From the NCBI GenBank assembly GCA_963827655.1, contig CAWHCF010000023.1, forward strand, positions 505,466-569,465: 64,000 nucleotides of DNA, in the 5' to 3' direction. The notes beneath the pieces are model-generated. The model was not told where the DNA came from. It made no database searches and saw only the letters and a program-made list of their open reading frames with translations. Below are positions 40,042 through 51,254 of this stretch, in pieces; positions within the stretch are counted from its first letter, which is position 1, and each line of letters begins with the position of its first letter. The DNA comes from an uncultured Acidobacteriota bacterium (GTDB taxonomy: Bacteria > Acidobacteriota > UBA6911). Made by a program: the position numbers and the translations under genes.

Positions 40042-40199
40042 GCGAACACCTCCAGCGAACGATTTGAACTCATGATATAAAGATCGTCCGACAGCATCAA
40101 GCGGGTCGGGTTTTGTGAACTTGACGATAGGATGACGCATCTGATGAACTACGCATAGCGTCTCTGTGGCCAGGGCGTGGAAATCGCGCAGAGTTTAAC

Positions 40200-41081
40200 A
40201 TGACACACTTGCTCATCGGTTTTCTCTCAGGACTCCTGCTTCCGGCATTCACCCTGCAAGAATCAGACAGGCCACTGCCCGAACTGAGCTCATTTCTGCA
40301 GGAAGTGCGCAAGCACCTGCGGAGCGACCGGCTTCTCTTGAGCCAGTACACTTTTACTCAGACCAATACCGAACGTCACCTCGATGGGAACGGGAACGTC
40401 AAGAAAACCGAGGTCGAGGTGTATGAAGTCTATCCCTCGCTCGAAGAAGGACAGACCTATCGAAAACTGATTTCGAAAGACGGCAAACCCCTCAGTCCAA
40501 GAGAGCTCGAGAAGCAGGACCAGGAACACGAAAAAAAGTCGCAGGAGAGAACCCGGAAGCTGGAGCGCGAAAGAGTCAGCGAGCGAGCCAAGCGGGAGGC
40601 CAAGGAGGCGGAGGAGAAGCGCAAAGAAGACGAGACGATCGACGAGATCTTCCGCCTCTACGACTTTTCGTTAATAGGGCGAGAAGCGCTGGACGGTCAT
40701 TCAACAATTTCCCTCGGCTTCCAGCCGCGTCCCGGTTACAAGGCCAAGACCGACGAAGGAAAAATCTTCCAGCGCATTGGGGGTCGCGGCTGGTTCAGCG
40801 AGACCGACCATGAGCTTGTTCGTCTGGAGCTTGAGCTGATCGATACCATTTCCTTTGGCATGGGTATCCTGGCCCGGCTGAATAAAGGTGCCAGGCTGAC
40901 GTTCCAGCGTGACCGGATCAACAAGGAGGTATGGTTGCCGGCTTCGGCCCATTTTTCCGGAAACGCCCGGATTCTGGTCTTCAAAGGTTTGAAAATAGAC
41001 GTCACCAGTGAATATTCCGATTACAGGAAGTTCACGGTAGAATCCTCGGTTACGTATTCAGGCGATCGGGTTCCGCAGTGA
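40200..41081 (+). CDS. Exported hypothetical protein (beta-rich, charged insert)
   Basis: Signal peptide; YTF, FQPRPGY, EVWLP, EYSDYRKF motifs; function not recognised. Confidence 0.6.
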   Translation: MTHLLIGFLSGLLLPAFTLQESDRPLPELSSFLQEVRKHLRSDRLLLSQYTFTQTNTERHLDGNGNVKKTEVEVYEVYPSLEEGQTYRKLISKDGKPLSPRELEKQDQEHEKKSQERTRKLERERVSERAKREAKEAEEKRKEDETIDEIFRLYDFSLIGREALDGHSTISLGFQPRPGYKAKTDEGKIFQRIGGRGWFSETDHELVRLELELIDTISFGMGILARLNKGARLTFQRDRINKEVWLPASAHFSGNARILVFKGLKIDVTSEYSDYRKFTVESSVTYSGDRVPQ

Positions 41082-41244
41082 ATGACGATTTTGCCAATCC
41101 TGAGTTCTGGGTTGCCCTGATCATCAGTCTCTCCTCTCTGTGTGTTTTTGCCTGTTGGCTCCGAAGTGGCGGCAGAAAGTCGCGTTGAGCCGGAGAAAAG
41201 CATCACCTCAAAGACGCAAAGAATCGATATCGAAAGGACTCGCT

Positions 41245-41886
41245 GTGAACAGTGCCGATTTTGTCCGAGAACTCGAGGAGTCCAACAACAAAGTCCTGCT
41301 CGCCATGTCGACTGAAACCGAAGTCAAGCGCGTGGATGTTCTGTCACTGCTCAGGATTGCCCTGAAGAATGAACTCGAGGCGTCGGCGCTGGCGGCGCAT
41401 TGGATACCCTCGACATCGGAGCTCGATGTCATCCTGGGACTGGCGCGCCAGGTAGGAGACGAGGCCAAGCATTACCGCTTGCTCGAAGCCCGGTTCAGGG
41501 AACTGGGAGGCGACAGCGACTTTGATCCTCGAGCGGGGGGCTACAGTCCGCTCTTTCACTATCTGACCGCCCTCCCTACCAGCGTCGAGCGATTGGCGGC
41601 TGGACAATTCACGCGCGAGGCGATTGCCGAGCGGCGCAACGCGATGTTCATCGAGTATCTTCTCAAGGTCGGAGATGCAGATACCGCAAGAATCTACTCG
41701 GATATCATCCAGCCTGATGAAGTTTTTCACCACAACCTGGGAAAGAACATGCTGTTGAAATACGCGGTTGGCGACCAGCTTCAGCAGGCGGCGCGCGAAG
41801 CCTGTCGCAGGACATTGGAGATTGCCGAGAAGCTGCGCGAAGGCGCCGCTGCGAAAACCGGAATCTACCAGATTCCCGGTTGCTGA
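41245..41886 (+). CDS. Ferritin-like di-iron domain protein
   Basis: NELEA, DEAKH, REAIA, DEVFH four-helix ligand pattern; GTG start after AAGGA. Confidence 0.78.
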   Translation: MNSADFVRELEESNNKVLLAMSTETEVKRVDVLSLLRIALKNELEASALAAHWIPSTSELDVILGLARQVGDEAKHYRLLEARFRELGGDSDFDPRAGGYSPLFHYLTALPTSVERLAAGQFTREAIAERRNAMFIEYLLKVGDADTARIYSDIIQPDEVFHHNLGKNMLLKYAVGDQLQQAAREACRRTLEIAEKLREGAAAKTGIYQIPGC

Positions 41887-41896
41887 GGCGAAGGTT

Positions 41897-42691
41897 ATGC
41901 AGCCCTATCTCGACCTGATGCAGGATGTCTTGCTGCGCGGCACTAGAAAATCAGACCGCACCGGGACCGGCACACTGAGTCTCTTCGGGAGGCAGATACG
42001 GTTTGATCTCGACAAGGGATTTCCGGCGACGACAACCAAGAAGCTTTATATCAAGGGAGTCATTCACGAGCTGCTGTGGTTCTTGATGGGCAGCACGAAC
42101 ATCAAGTATCTCAAAGAGAATGGCGTCGGGATCTGGGATGAATGGGCGGATGAGGAAGGAGAACTTGGACCCATCTACGGGGCGCAATGGCGGCACTGGG
42201 ATGCTCCTGACGGAAAAACCATCGACCAGATCTCCGAGGTAATCGAAGCGATCAAGACCAATCCGGACAGCCGGCGCCTCATTGTCAGCGCATGGAATGT
42301 GGCTCAACTCGGGGACATGCGACTACCGCCCTGCCACTGTCTGTTTCAGTTCCACGTCGCCGAAGGTAGATTGTCATGCCACTTGTACCAGAGGAGCGCG
42401 GATCTGTTCCTTGGTGTGCCTTTCAACATCGCTTCCTATTCCCTGCTCACCATGATGGTGGCCAGGGTCACCGGTCTGGGGGCGGGCGAGTTTATCCATA
42501 CTTTCGGGGACGCGCATATTTATTTGAATCACGTCGAGCAGGTCAAAATTCAGCTTTCCCGCCAGCCACGCCCTCTGCCGAAGATGCTGCTTAACCCGGA
42601 TGTGGACTCGATCTTCGATTTCAAGTATGAAGACTTCACCCTGGTAGGCTACGACCCGCATCCAGCCATCCCTGCCCCGATCGCGGTCTAA
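41897..42691 (+). CDS. thyA: Thymidylate synthase
   Basis: [45 protein letters not shown]-terminus. Confidence 0.97.
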   Translation: MQPYLDLMQDVLLRGTRKSDRTGTGTLSLFGRQIRFDLDKGFPATTTKKLYIKGVIHELLWFLMGSTNIKYLKENGVGIWDEWADEEGELGPIYGAQWRHWDAPDGKTIDQISEVIEAIKTNPDSRRLIVSAWNVAQLGDMRLPPCHCLFQFHVAEGRLSCHLYQRSADLFLGVPFNIASYSLLTMMVARVTGLGAGEFIHTFGDAHIYLNHVEQVKIQLSRQPRPLPKMLLNPDVDSIFDFKYEDFTLVGYDPHPAIPAPIAV

Positions 42692-42844
42692 TCCAGCTAT
42701 CAGCTGATTTCTGTTTCAAACTTCTTCGAGCTTTAACAATACTGTCAGGGATTCTTAACACGTCGCGCCTAACCTCCGCCTGAGCCTGACTCCCCCTGAT
42801 TCAAGCCTTCAACCGCTTCGATTCTTCTCAGTAAAGGGGGACGT

Positions 42845-45800
42845 ATGTTTCGATCGGATTTCTTGAAACTGATTGCAGCGCTGATCCTGCTATGCGGACC
42901 GTGTTTGGGTCAGTCGACATTTGGGTCGTTAACCGGAACAGTAGTTGACCCCACGGGAGCCGTGGTCCCCGGTGCGACCGTGACCGTAAAGAACCAGGCC
43001 ACGCAGGAAGCGCGCAGCGTCACGACCGCGCAAGACGGAACATACCTTGTCGTCAACCTGGATCCAGGCGTCTACAAGATTTTGGTGGAAGCCCCCGGGT
43101 TCAGAACCAGCGTAACGGAGGGGGTTCAATTGCTTGCGCGGCAAGCCCGGCGGCTGAATTTCAACCTTGAGGTTGGCGCGGCAATCAATGAAACGGTAGA
43201 CGTCACGGCATTTGCAGGAGTCATCGAGACCGAGACTCCAACCATCTCGGATTCCAGATCCGGCCGCGAAATCAACGAACTGGCGCTGAACTTCCGGGCC
43301 ACGGACAACACCAGCCCTCTGGCCGTGGCGACGCTGGCTCCCGGAGTGCAAAAGGACCGCGACAATCAGATATCGATCGGAGGGCTTCAGCCATACTCAA
43401 CGTCATTCTCCATTGACGGGATTTCCACTCTCAACGCGCGCCTCAATGGACCTGTGTCGGAATTATTTCCATCCGTCGAAGCCATTTCCGAATTCAAGAT
43501 CAGCGCGGTGAACAACAGCGCCGAATTTGCGCAGGCCAGCGATCTGACCACCACCACCAAAAGCGGAAGCAACGAGTTTCATGGCAGCCTATACTGGTTC
43601 CACCAGAACCGGGCGCTGAACGCCACCGATCCGTTTGCTCCCCAGGATCCAGCGGAGCCGGGTTCTCGGCTAAAACCGGCGCTAGTGGCCAACAGTTTCG
43701 GCGGTGTGATCGGCGGCCCGATTGTACGGAACCGGACCTTCTTCTTCTTCGACTATGAGGGCGTTCGACGTCCAAGCCAGTCCACGCTGCGGCAGGTCGT
43801 GCCGCCTGATGCTTTCCGGAACGGCGACTTGTCGGGCATCGCAACTCTATTGGTCAATCCTTTCACAGGACAGCCCTATCCGAATAACCAGATTCCAGTC
43901 AATCCCACGTCGGCCAAGGCTCTGGATCTCCTCTTCCCGAGTCAGAACCAGGCGACCGGAGCGAGCCTGGCTTCGCCCAACTACATCGTGAATGTCGGCG
44001 GCAACTACAAGATCGACGGTTTCGATGTCCGCGGGGACCACATTTTCAATGCCGCCCATAAGGTGTTCGCCCGCTACACGCACAAGGACATCGAGCAAAA
44101 CCGGTACGAACGGAAACTCCAATTACAACACGCTCGCCGGGACCTATTCGCGGCCAATTGACGTCCGGAATCTGGCCGCCTCGTACAACTGGATCATCTC
44201 ACCCGCGCTCATAAACGAAGTGCGGGCCGGTTACTCCATTTCCGATTTCGATAACACGTACCCGCTGGCGGCGGATGGGAAGCAGATCATCGCCGAGCTC
44301 GGTATCACGAACCTTCCGCCCAGTCCTCCCCAGGGTGGACTTCCCTATTTCGGATTCAACGATGGAAGCATCACCGTTTCGAGCAGTCCCGGTCTGACCA
44401 ATCCCATCAGTAACAAGACCGTTGCGCTGGGCAACAACCTGACCTGGATCAAGGGTTCGCACACGATCAAGACCGGGGTCGAGGTGCAACGGCTGATCTT
44501 CCAGGACATCTCCGCATACAACACAGGCGACGACTACGGCGAGTACTACTTCAATTCAGGAACGGCGGGCGTGAACAGTTATACGGGCAATGCGTTCGCC
44601 GATTTCCTCCTCGGAATTCCTCTCCAGACGGCCAAAGCGCTCAACGGACCGGACTTCAATCCCTACACGGTACTGTCGTCCTACTTCGTGCAGGACAGCT
44701 GGCGCGTAACTCCCAGGCTGACGCTGGACCTGGGTCTGCGCTACGAGTTGCATCCGCCGTTCAACGACAAGACGCGGCAACTGGCGAACTTCGACCGGGA
44801 GTACCCGGGCGGCCGCGTTGTGGTACAGGATCTAAACCTCATTGCTCCGGCGTTTCGCAAATCGATTGGCAACACCCCAATCGTATCTTTCGAAGAGGCC
44901 GGCCTGCCGGAGACGTTGCGTTTCCTGGACAAGAACAACTTCAATCCGCGTGTCGGTTTTGCGTATCGGTTCTCCGACTCGGGCAATACAGTGATCCGCG
45001 GCGGATTCGGCCTTTACACGATCACGATTCTCGGCCGTGTGTTGTATTCGCTCGAGGGCGTCGCCAACGGCAGTTTTCTTTCCTTCACGAACACATCGCC
45101 GGCTCAGGTACGTTCAACCGGTCAAGCCGCGCTGCGCTTTCCGAATGTATTTCCGGAGGGCACCGGCGACGATCCCGGCCTGCCCGACTATCGCCGCGCG
45201 AATCCGTTTGACTTCAGGGACCCTTATTCGATGCAATGGAATCTGACTCTGGAGCAAGACCTCGGTTGGACGACCGGACTGCGTCTTACGTACAACGGCC
45301 AGCGCCAGATCGACCTTGTGCACAGCCCGGATATCAATCAGGTGCCTTCGAACACGGCCGGCTATGCCGGCCGTCCGTGATCAACGTCCTTACCGGAACT
45401 TCAACGCCGTGCTGGACCGCGCAAACGGCGCCAGCGGGAAGTACCATGCGATGACCGTCGAGGTGACCAAGCGATTCAGCCGCGGATTGAGTTTCCAGAA
45501 CTCGTGGGTCTGGGCCAAGAATCTCTCGAACGCAAACGGCCCGGCGCCGGCTGGATTTTCGGCGGAAAACGGCCCGACCACCTTGGATTACTTCGACATC
45601 GCTCAGGACTACGGAGACGTGGCTTTTACACGGCGGCACCGGTTCGTCAGCACGTTCCTGTGGGAGTTGCCGGTCGGCATCGGACGGCAGCATATGTCGA
45701 GTATCAGCAAAGCTGCGGACGCATTGGTCGGTGGCTGGCAGATCTCCGGCATCGTGATCCTGCAGACCGGACCATTCCTCACTCCCTTCTTCAGCGGCGC

Positions 45801-46209
45801 GGATCCATCGGGGACAGGCGCGAACGTTCGTGGCGTGCAGGGGACCCAGCGTCCGGACCGAACCGGAAACGGCAACCTTGCGAATCCTACGCCCGAACAA
45901 TACTTCGACCGGAGCGCGTTTATCGTGCCGGCCAATAACATCGGCCGGTTCGGGAACGCCGGTGTCGGGATTCTGCATGGCCCCGGCACATCCGTGTTTT
46001 CATTGGCGCTGGGGAAGCAATTCAGAGTTACCGAGAGATTGAACCTCCGGTACGAAGCGACCATGACCAATCTTTTTAACCACACTAACCTGGATATTCC
46101 CACAACCCTGAATATCGGGTCCGGCACGTTCGGCCGGATTCAAGCAACTCAAAAAGCCGATCTCGCTGGACCGAGAACGATCCAGATGTCCCTGCGGCTG
46201 TCGTTCTGA
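42845..46209 (+). CDS. TonB-dependent receptor-like protein (Oar-like); apparent frameshifts near 44098 and 45370
   Basis: Three track ORFs join; TKSGSNEFHG, VQDSWRVTPRLTLDLGLRYE, PRTIQMSLRLSF. Confidence 0.85.
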
Positions 46210-46226
46210 CCTTTGATGGTACTGGC

Positions 46227-47571
46227 ATGAAAAAGCTGCTGGTGGCTCTCGCATTGTTCTTCCTTGGAGCGCAGCAGTCTCGAACTGTGCCCGTCGTTCT
46301 GATTTCGATCGACGGGCTCATGCCGGAACAGTTGTTGAATCCGGATCGTCATGCCCTGAAGATCCCCAACTTGCGACGCCTGGTATCGCAGGGGACGCAC
46401 GCGGCCGGCGTCAAAGGCGTGCTGCCGACAGTCACCTACCCCAGCCACACCACCATGGTGACGGGGGTCGCGCCGGCGAAACACGGCATTCACGCGAATA
46501 CTCCGTTCGATCCGTTCGGCAAGAATCTTGATGGCTGGTACTGGTACGCCGAGGACATCAAAATCGAGACTCTTTGGGATGTCCTGCGCAAATCCGGCAT
46601 GACGACCGCCAGCGTCGATTGGCCCGTAAGTGTCGGGGCTCCCATCGATTTCAATATTGCTCAATACTGGCGCGCCGGGTTGGCGGAAGACGTCAAAGTC
46701 ATCCGAGCGCTCTCGACCCCCGGACTGCTGGCTGAGGCTCAAAAAAACACCGGCGCGTCTTATCCGGATGGAGACGACTATACGGTCGCGGCCGATGAGA
46801 GGCGGGCCGCATTCAACACGTTCATACTCGAACGCAAACGCCCGCGGTTCATGACGGTGTACTTCTCAGGACTTGACCACACCCAACACGAAACCACCGC
46901 CGGCAGCGCCGAATCTCGTCAAGCGCTCGAAGTCATCGACGGCCTTGTGGGGAAAGTTCGGGCCGCAGCGGAGTCCGCCGGTGGAGGACGGGCTGTAATT
47001 TGCGTCGTGTCCGATCACGGCTTCGCCCGCACAGAAAGAGAACTTCATTTGAATTCCGCCCTGCGAGAGGCGGGGCTGATCCGTTTGGATGAAGCCGGCA
47101 AGGTCGCTGCCTGGGAGGCCTTCTCGTGGAACTCCGGCGGGCTCTGCGCCATCATGTTGAGGAACGCGCAAGACACGAAAATCGGCGACCGCGTCCGCGA
47201 AGTCTTGCAGAAGCTGGCGAACGACGCCTCACGCCCAGTTCACCGGATCGTGGAAGGACGCGGAAGCAGCCGCCATGGGCGGATTTCCCAACGCTGCGTT
47301 CGTGCTGGGCCTGCGGCCGCCATTCCGGACCGGCAGCGAGCTTCGTGGCCCGGTCATCCGGGAAGGCCCGGTACGTGGCACACACGGATACCTTCCGGAG
47401 TTGCCGGAAATGAACTCGTCTTTCGTACTCGATGGTCCGGGAGTGCCGGCCGGACACTCTCTCGGCATTGTCGACATGCGCGACATCGCGCCGACCCTCG
47501 CCGGTCTTCTCGGTGTCAAGTTGTCGGCAGCAGACGGGCGAAATCTCTTGGCCGACGGGAAGCGAGAGTAA
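46227..47571 (+). CDS. Nucleotide pyrophosphatase/phosphodiesterase (alkaline phosphatase superfamily); apparent frameshift near 47262
   Basis: LISIDG, PTVTYPSHTT, DHTQH, VSDHGF; second frame supplies GTHGY...DIAPT. Confidence 0.88.
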
Positions 47572-47624
47572 CGGTGCCTTCGCGTCTTCGTGGTTAGTGC
47601 GGCGTAACAAAAACCACCAAGGAC

Positions 47625-47652
47625 TCAGCTATCAGCAGTCAGCGGTCAGCTT
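47625..47652 (+). repeat. TCAGCNN heptamer tandem repeat x4
   Basis: tcagcta tcagcag tcagcgg tcagctt. Confidence 0.8.
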
Positions 47653-47734
47653 TCGGCCCCAAGAGAGAAGTTTAGGCGCGCTGCGGCTTCAATCCGATCA
47701 GCAGCGGCAAGCAGGCTGTGCTAGAATAGGGCAA

Positions 47735-48053
47735 ATGACCAACCAGCCCAATGATAACGACTTGCTCAGTTTCATTGCCGCAACCGTCGAGGGCATGCGG
47801 CGAGGAAATGGCAACGAAGCGCGACCTGGCTCAGGTTGAGTCTCGTCTGGTCCAGAAGATCGAAGTCGAGACAATAGCGATCAGGGGCGATATTGAGCAA
47901 GTCCATTTGCGGCTCGATAGCATCGAACGCGCCCTCATGGCGCGCGTGAGCCAGATCGAAACCGAGCTGAGCCGGTTGCGCAGCGTAGTCTATCTCCTTA
48001 TCAAGGACAAACCTGAGTTGCTGCGTCTGTTGGGCCACGAACCGATGCAGTAG
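47735..48053 (+). CDS. Small coiled-coil hypothetical protein; apparent frameshift near 47800
   Basis: MTNQPNDNDLLSFIAATVEGMR then EEMATKRDLAQVESRL...; TGnTAGAAT 7 nt before the ATG. Confidence 0.55.
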
Positions 48054-48116
48054 CTATCAGCTGTCAGCAATCAGCTTAGCGGTCAGCTGACGGCTGACTG
48101 CTGACGGCTGTCAGCT
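48051..48116. repeat. TCAGC/GCTGA heptamer inverted array
   Basis: tagcta tcagctg tcagcaa tcagct tagcgg tcagctga cggctga ctgctga cggctg tcagc. Confidence 0.8.
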
Positions 48117-49228
48117 TGGCAAGCGCGAGTTCGATTTCTTCCAGCACCGCAGGATCGGTCTCGCGGGAGCGCGCATCCTGAAGCAGGTCGCGCGCCTCCG
48201 AAGTCGCGACCTGGCCCAGACCCCAGGCGGCGTGGCCGCGAACCAGCGCGCTGCGATCACTCAATGCGCGACCCAATGGAGCAACGGCCTCGGGGAGCCG
48301 CGAATTTCCTAGCGCTACCGCAACGTTTCGAACGAATCCGTCCCGCCGGGCTCTCCGGATCGCGCTGTTCTTGAAACGACGATTGAATTCTTCGGGAGTG
48401 AGATCCACCAGCGGCGCGAGCTCCGGCATGAGATTTCCCGGACCGGGCTGGAACGCGCTCTCGGGTGTTGATACGGCGAACCGGTTCCAGGGACAAACTT
48501 CCTGGCAGTCGTCACAGCCGTAGATCCGGTTGCCGATCAGGGGACGCAATTCCCGCGGAATGGATCCACGCAGCTCAATCGTCAGATAAGAAATGCAGAG
48601 CCGCGCATCGAGCACGTACGGAGCTATGATCGCCCCGGTGGGGCACGCCGTGATGCACCGGCTGCAAGTTCCGCAATAGTCTTGCTCCGCGACGTCGTAT
48701 TCCAGCTCCAGGTTCAGGAGAATGATACCGATAAAAAACCAGGAGCCCTGCTCCCGCGTGATAAGGTTCGTGTGTTTTCCCATCCAGCCCAGGCTGCTCT
48801 GCGCTCCCCATACCTTCTCCATGACAGGACCCGTATCGACATAGCAGAGTCCTCGGGCAACTGGATCCAGCTTCTGAATAAAGCCCAGGAGCCGGCGCAG
48901 GCGATCCTTCATCACTGAGTGATAATCATCTCCCCATGCATAACGGCTGATCCTTCCCCGGAGCGGATCGTCGTTCAAAGAATGTCCGGAGTCATAGTTC
49001 ATGGCCAGCACAATGAGCGAACGGGCATCTTGCAACACTCAGCGTGGGGTCTCGCCGTTTGGCAGCCTGGCGCTCGATATAACCCATCTCCCCCTGCATG
49101 CCCTGCTCGACCCATCGATCGAACCTTTGCGCCTCGGGTAGAGGGCGCGCGGCGCTGACTCCGACCTTGAAGAAGCCGAGGTCTTTTGCCTCTTCGCGAA
49201 TTCGCGCCGTCAGGGTCTGCGCTTTCAA
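48076..49228 (-). CDS. queG: Epoxyqueuosine reductase; apparent frameshift near 49040
   Basis: SRYAWGDDYH, VDTGPVMEK, CGTCSRCITACPT, CISYLTIE, IYGCDDCQEVCPWN; N-terminus in ORF 48992-49228. Confidence 0.92.
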
Positions 49229-49246
49229 CCTACCATCACTTTCGTG

Positions 49247-49666
49247 CTAGTGAACCGTGGAGGAAGATGAGGGGATCCGCGGCTCTGGAATCGGGGAAGC
49301 ATGATGATGAACTATCCGCCACACTCCCTCCTGCTTCACAAAGACATTGGTTGCCTGGACGCGGGAACGGACCAGGGCGCTTTCCGCAAGCGTAGAAAGA
49401 TTCTCGGTGCAGATCACCCAGGCGCATTCGCCGCCAAGGCGAACGTTAATGTCGCTGATATTGACCTTGAGGCGCGTGGGACTGCTGAAAATTGAAAGCC
49501 AGCTCTCCTCCACATCGCGCCAGCCAATCCTGATCTCCCATCCCGGGTGAACGCAACTTACCCAGGGCTCATGAGCCCACAAGTTCAACATTCCTTCGCG
49601 ATCATAGTCTTCGAGAGCCTTGTAGAAGCGCGCGTTTGTGGCTTTGACCGCTAATTCGGGCTGCAT
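49247..49666 (-). CDS. SnoaL/NTF2-like domain protein
   Basis: NARFYKAL, CVHPGW, ATNVF...WRIVHHHAS. Confidence 0.85.
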   Translation of the reverse strand: MQPELAVKATNARFYKALEDYDREGMLNLWAHEPWVSCVHPGWEIRIGWRDVEESWLSIFSSPTRLKVNISDINVRLGGECAWVICTENLSTLAESALVRSRVQATNVFVKQEGVWRIVHHHASPIPEPRIPSSSSTVH

Positions 49667-49791
49667 AAATGATCCGTTAAAGCATACAATTTAAGCATGA
49701 CCGCTGTGAAGCGATTCCGCCCGTTCTTTGGCCTTGGGCGGATTCGCCACTTGACCCAGATACGCAATCTTAGCCAGAGGAGGATAGTCCT

Positions 49792-50145
49792 ATGAGATAC
49801 CGTGTCATGCCAGTCGTCGCCGCATTCTTCTTCGCCGTGTGTTTTCTGCCGGCGCAGCCGCCGCAGAACGTAAAGGAAGTCGAAATGACCGCCAAGAAGT
49901 ATGAGTTTTCGCCCAGTACGGTGGAGGTTCCGGCCGGCACGGTGGTTCGTTTCAAGATTACCGCTCTCGACCGTGAGCATGGCTTCGAGATTGAAGGGCT
50001 CAAAGATAGCTGCGTCAAGCTCGAGAAGGACAAGCCGGCAACGTTCGAATATAAAGCCGAAAAACCGGGGACATTCACATTCAAGTGCTGCAAACGGTGC
50101 GGCTTCAGTCACGGGAAGATGAAAGGGACCATTGTCGTCAAATGA
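49792..50145 (+). CDS. Soluble cupredoxin (CuA-like) protein
   Basis: Signal peptide; DREHGF and C-CKR-CGFSHGKM. Confidence 0.82.
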   Translation: MRYRVMPVVAAFFFAVCFLPAQPPQNVKEVEMTAKKYEFSPSTVEVPAGTVVRFKITALDREHGFEIEGLKDSCVKLEKDKPATFEYKAEKPGTFTFKCCKRCGFSHGKMKGTIVVK

Positions 50146-50201
50146 ATTCGAAGTTGCGGTGAATATCCACCTCTTGGCGTCTTCATGTCTTTGCGGAGAT
50201 T

Positions 50202-51251
50202 ATGGCCACGCAACTCGAGCGCCTGGCGGGGAGTGACATCGCCGACCTTCTAACTGCGATCCAGAGCGGCGAGCGCCTTTCAGCATCCGACTGTCTTCGG
50301 CTCTGGCGGACGCGCGACCTCACCAGCCTCGGAAGTCTGGCAAATCTTCGTCGCGAACAGCGTTCCGGTAACGTGACCTCCTTTCGTCCGGTGATCCATC
50401 TCAACTATACCGGCCGCCCGGTCCCCGCCTGCCCCTTGTGCAGCCAGGCAGCCGGCCGGTTCGCCAGGCAAGAATGGGAAGCGTCCCTGACCGCGCTCGA
50501 CCCCGAGGATGAGGGAGAAGTGCACCTCACGGGCGGGCTCGACTCGAGCTCGGGCGTGAGCGACCTTTGCAATCTCGTCGGTTGGGTTCGGGGGTTGCGG
50601 CCTCGATTGCACATTCGCGGCTTCACGTGGGATGAGCTGGAGCGGGCGGCAGAGAAGGATAGAATCGGTCCGGTTCAGGTTCTTCAAGCTCTGGTGGAAG
50701 CCGGGCTCAGCTCGCTTCTGGGCGGAGCGCTCGCGGATCTAACGCCGGCGCGCCCGGGGCTTTCATTTTCCTCTATCCAGGAAATCGAAAGACGCTTGCC
50801 CTGGATCGAAGCCGCAGCACAGCTTAATCTTAAATCCGAGCTGTCATGGATCTACGGCGGCGATGACGACCCCGAAATCCTGGTGGAAACGCTGGTCCGC
50901 ATTCGCGCCGCGCAGGATCGCTGGGGAGTCTTCGAGTGCTGCACGCCGCTGCTCTTCGACTGGCCGTCCGAGGAGATAGAAATCCCAATGGCGACAGGGT
51001 ACAATCAGCTTCGAGCTATCGCAGTCGCGCGGCTGTTCCTGGATAGCGTGCCGCACATTCGAAGTTGCTGGCGCGCCCTCACGGAATCGGTCATGCAGGT
51101 AGCTCAGTGGTACGGAGCCGATGACGCGGGTTGCGCCGCATTATGCGGCCGCGCAGCCTTTCCAGGGCAGGCCGGGACTTTCCGACCGGACGAGCTGGAA
51201 ACATTGATTCGAGCCGCAGGACGCGATCCTGTGAATGCGTTAGGCAGGTGA
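50202..51251 (+). CDS. Degenerate MqnE/CofH-like radical-SAM paralogue (PxxxCxxC instead of CxxxCxxC)
   Basis: LNYTGRPVPACPLC, EVHLTGG, LHIRGFT, IAVARLFLDSVPHIR, YGADD, AGRDPV. Confidence 0.75.
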   Translation: MATQLERLAGSDIADLLTAIQSGERLSASDCLRLWRTRDLTSLGSLANLRREQRSGNVTSFRPVIHLNYTGRPVPACPLCSQAAGRFARQEWEASLTALDPEDEGEVHLTGGLDSSSGVSDLCNLVGWVRGLRPRLHIRGFTWDELERAAEKDRIGPVQVLQALVEAGLSSLLGGALADLTPARPGLSFSSIQEIERRLPWIEAAAQLNLKSELSWIYGGDDDPEILVETLVRIRAAQDRWGVFECCTPLLFDWPSEEIEIPMATGYNQLRAIAVARLFLDSVPHIRSCWRALTESVMQVAQWYGADDAGCAALCGRAAFPGQAGTFRPDELETLIRAAGRDPVNALGR

Positions 51252-51254
51252 GGG

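Noticed and set aside
41878-41889. GGT TGC TGA GGC (G-C-U-G) at the end of the ferritin-like gene as a second selenocysteine
   Set aside because: Read-through would run out of frame into thyA, no convincing SECIS follows, and the domain is already complete.
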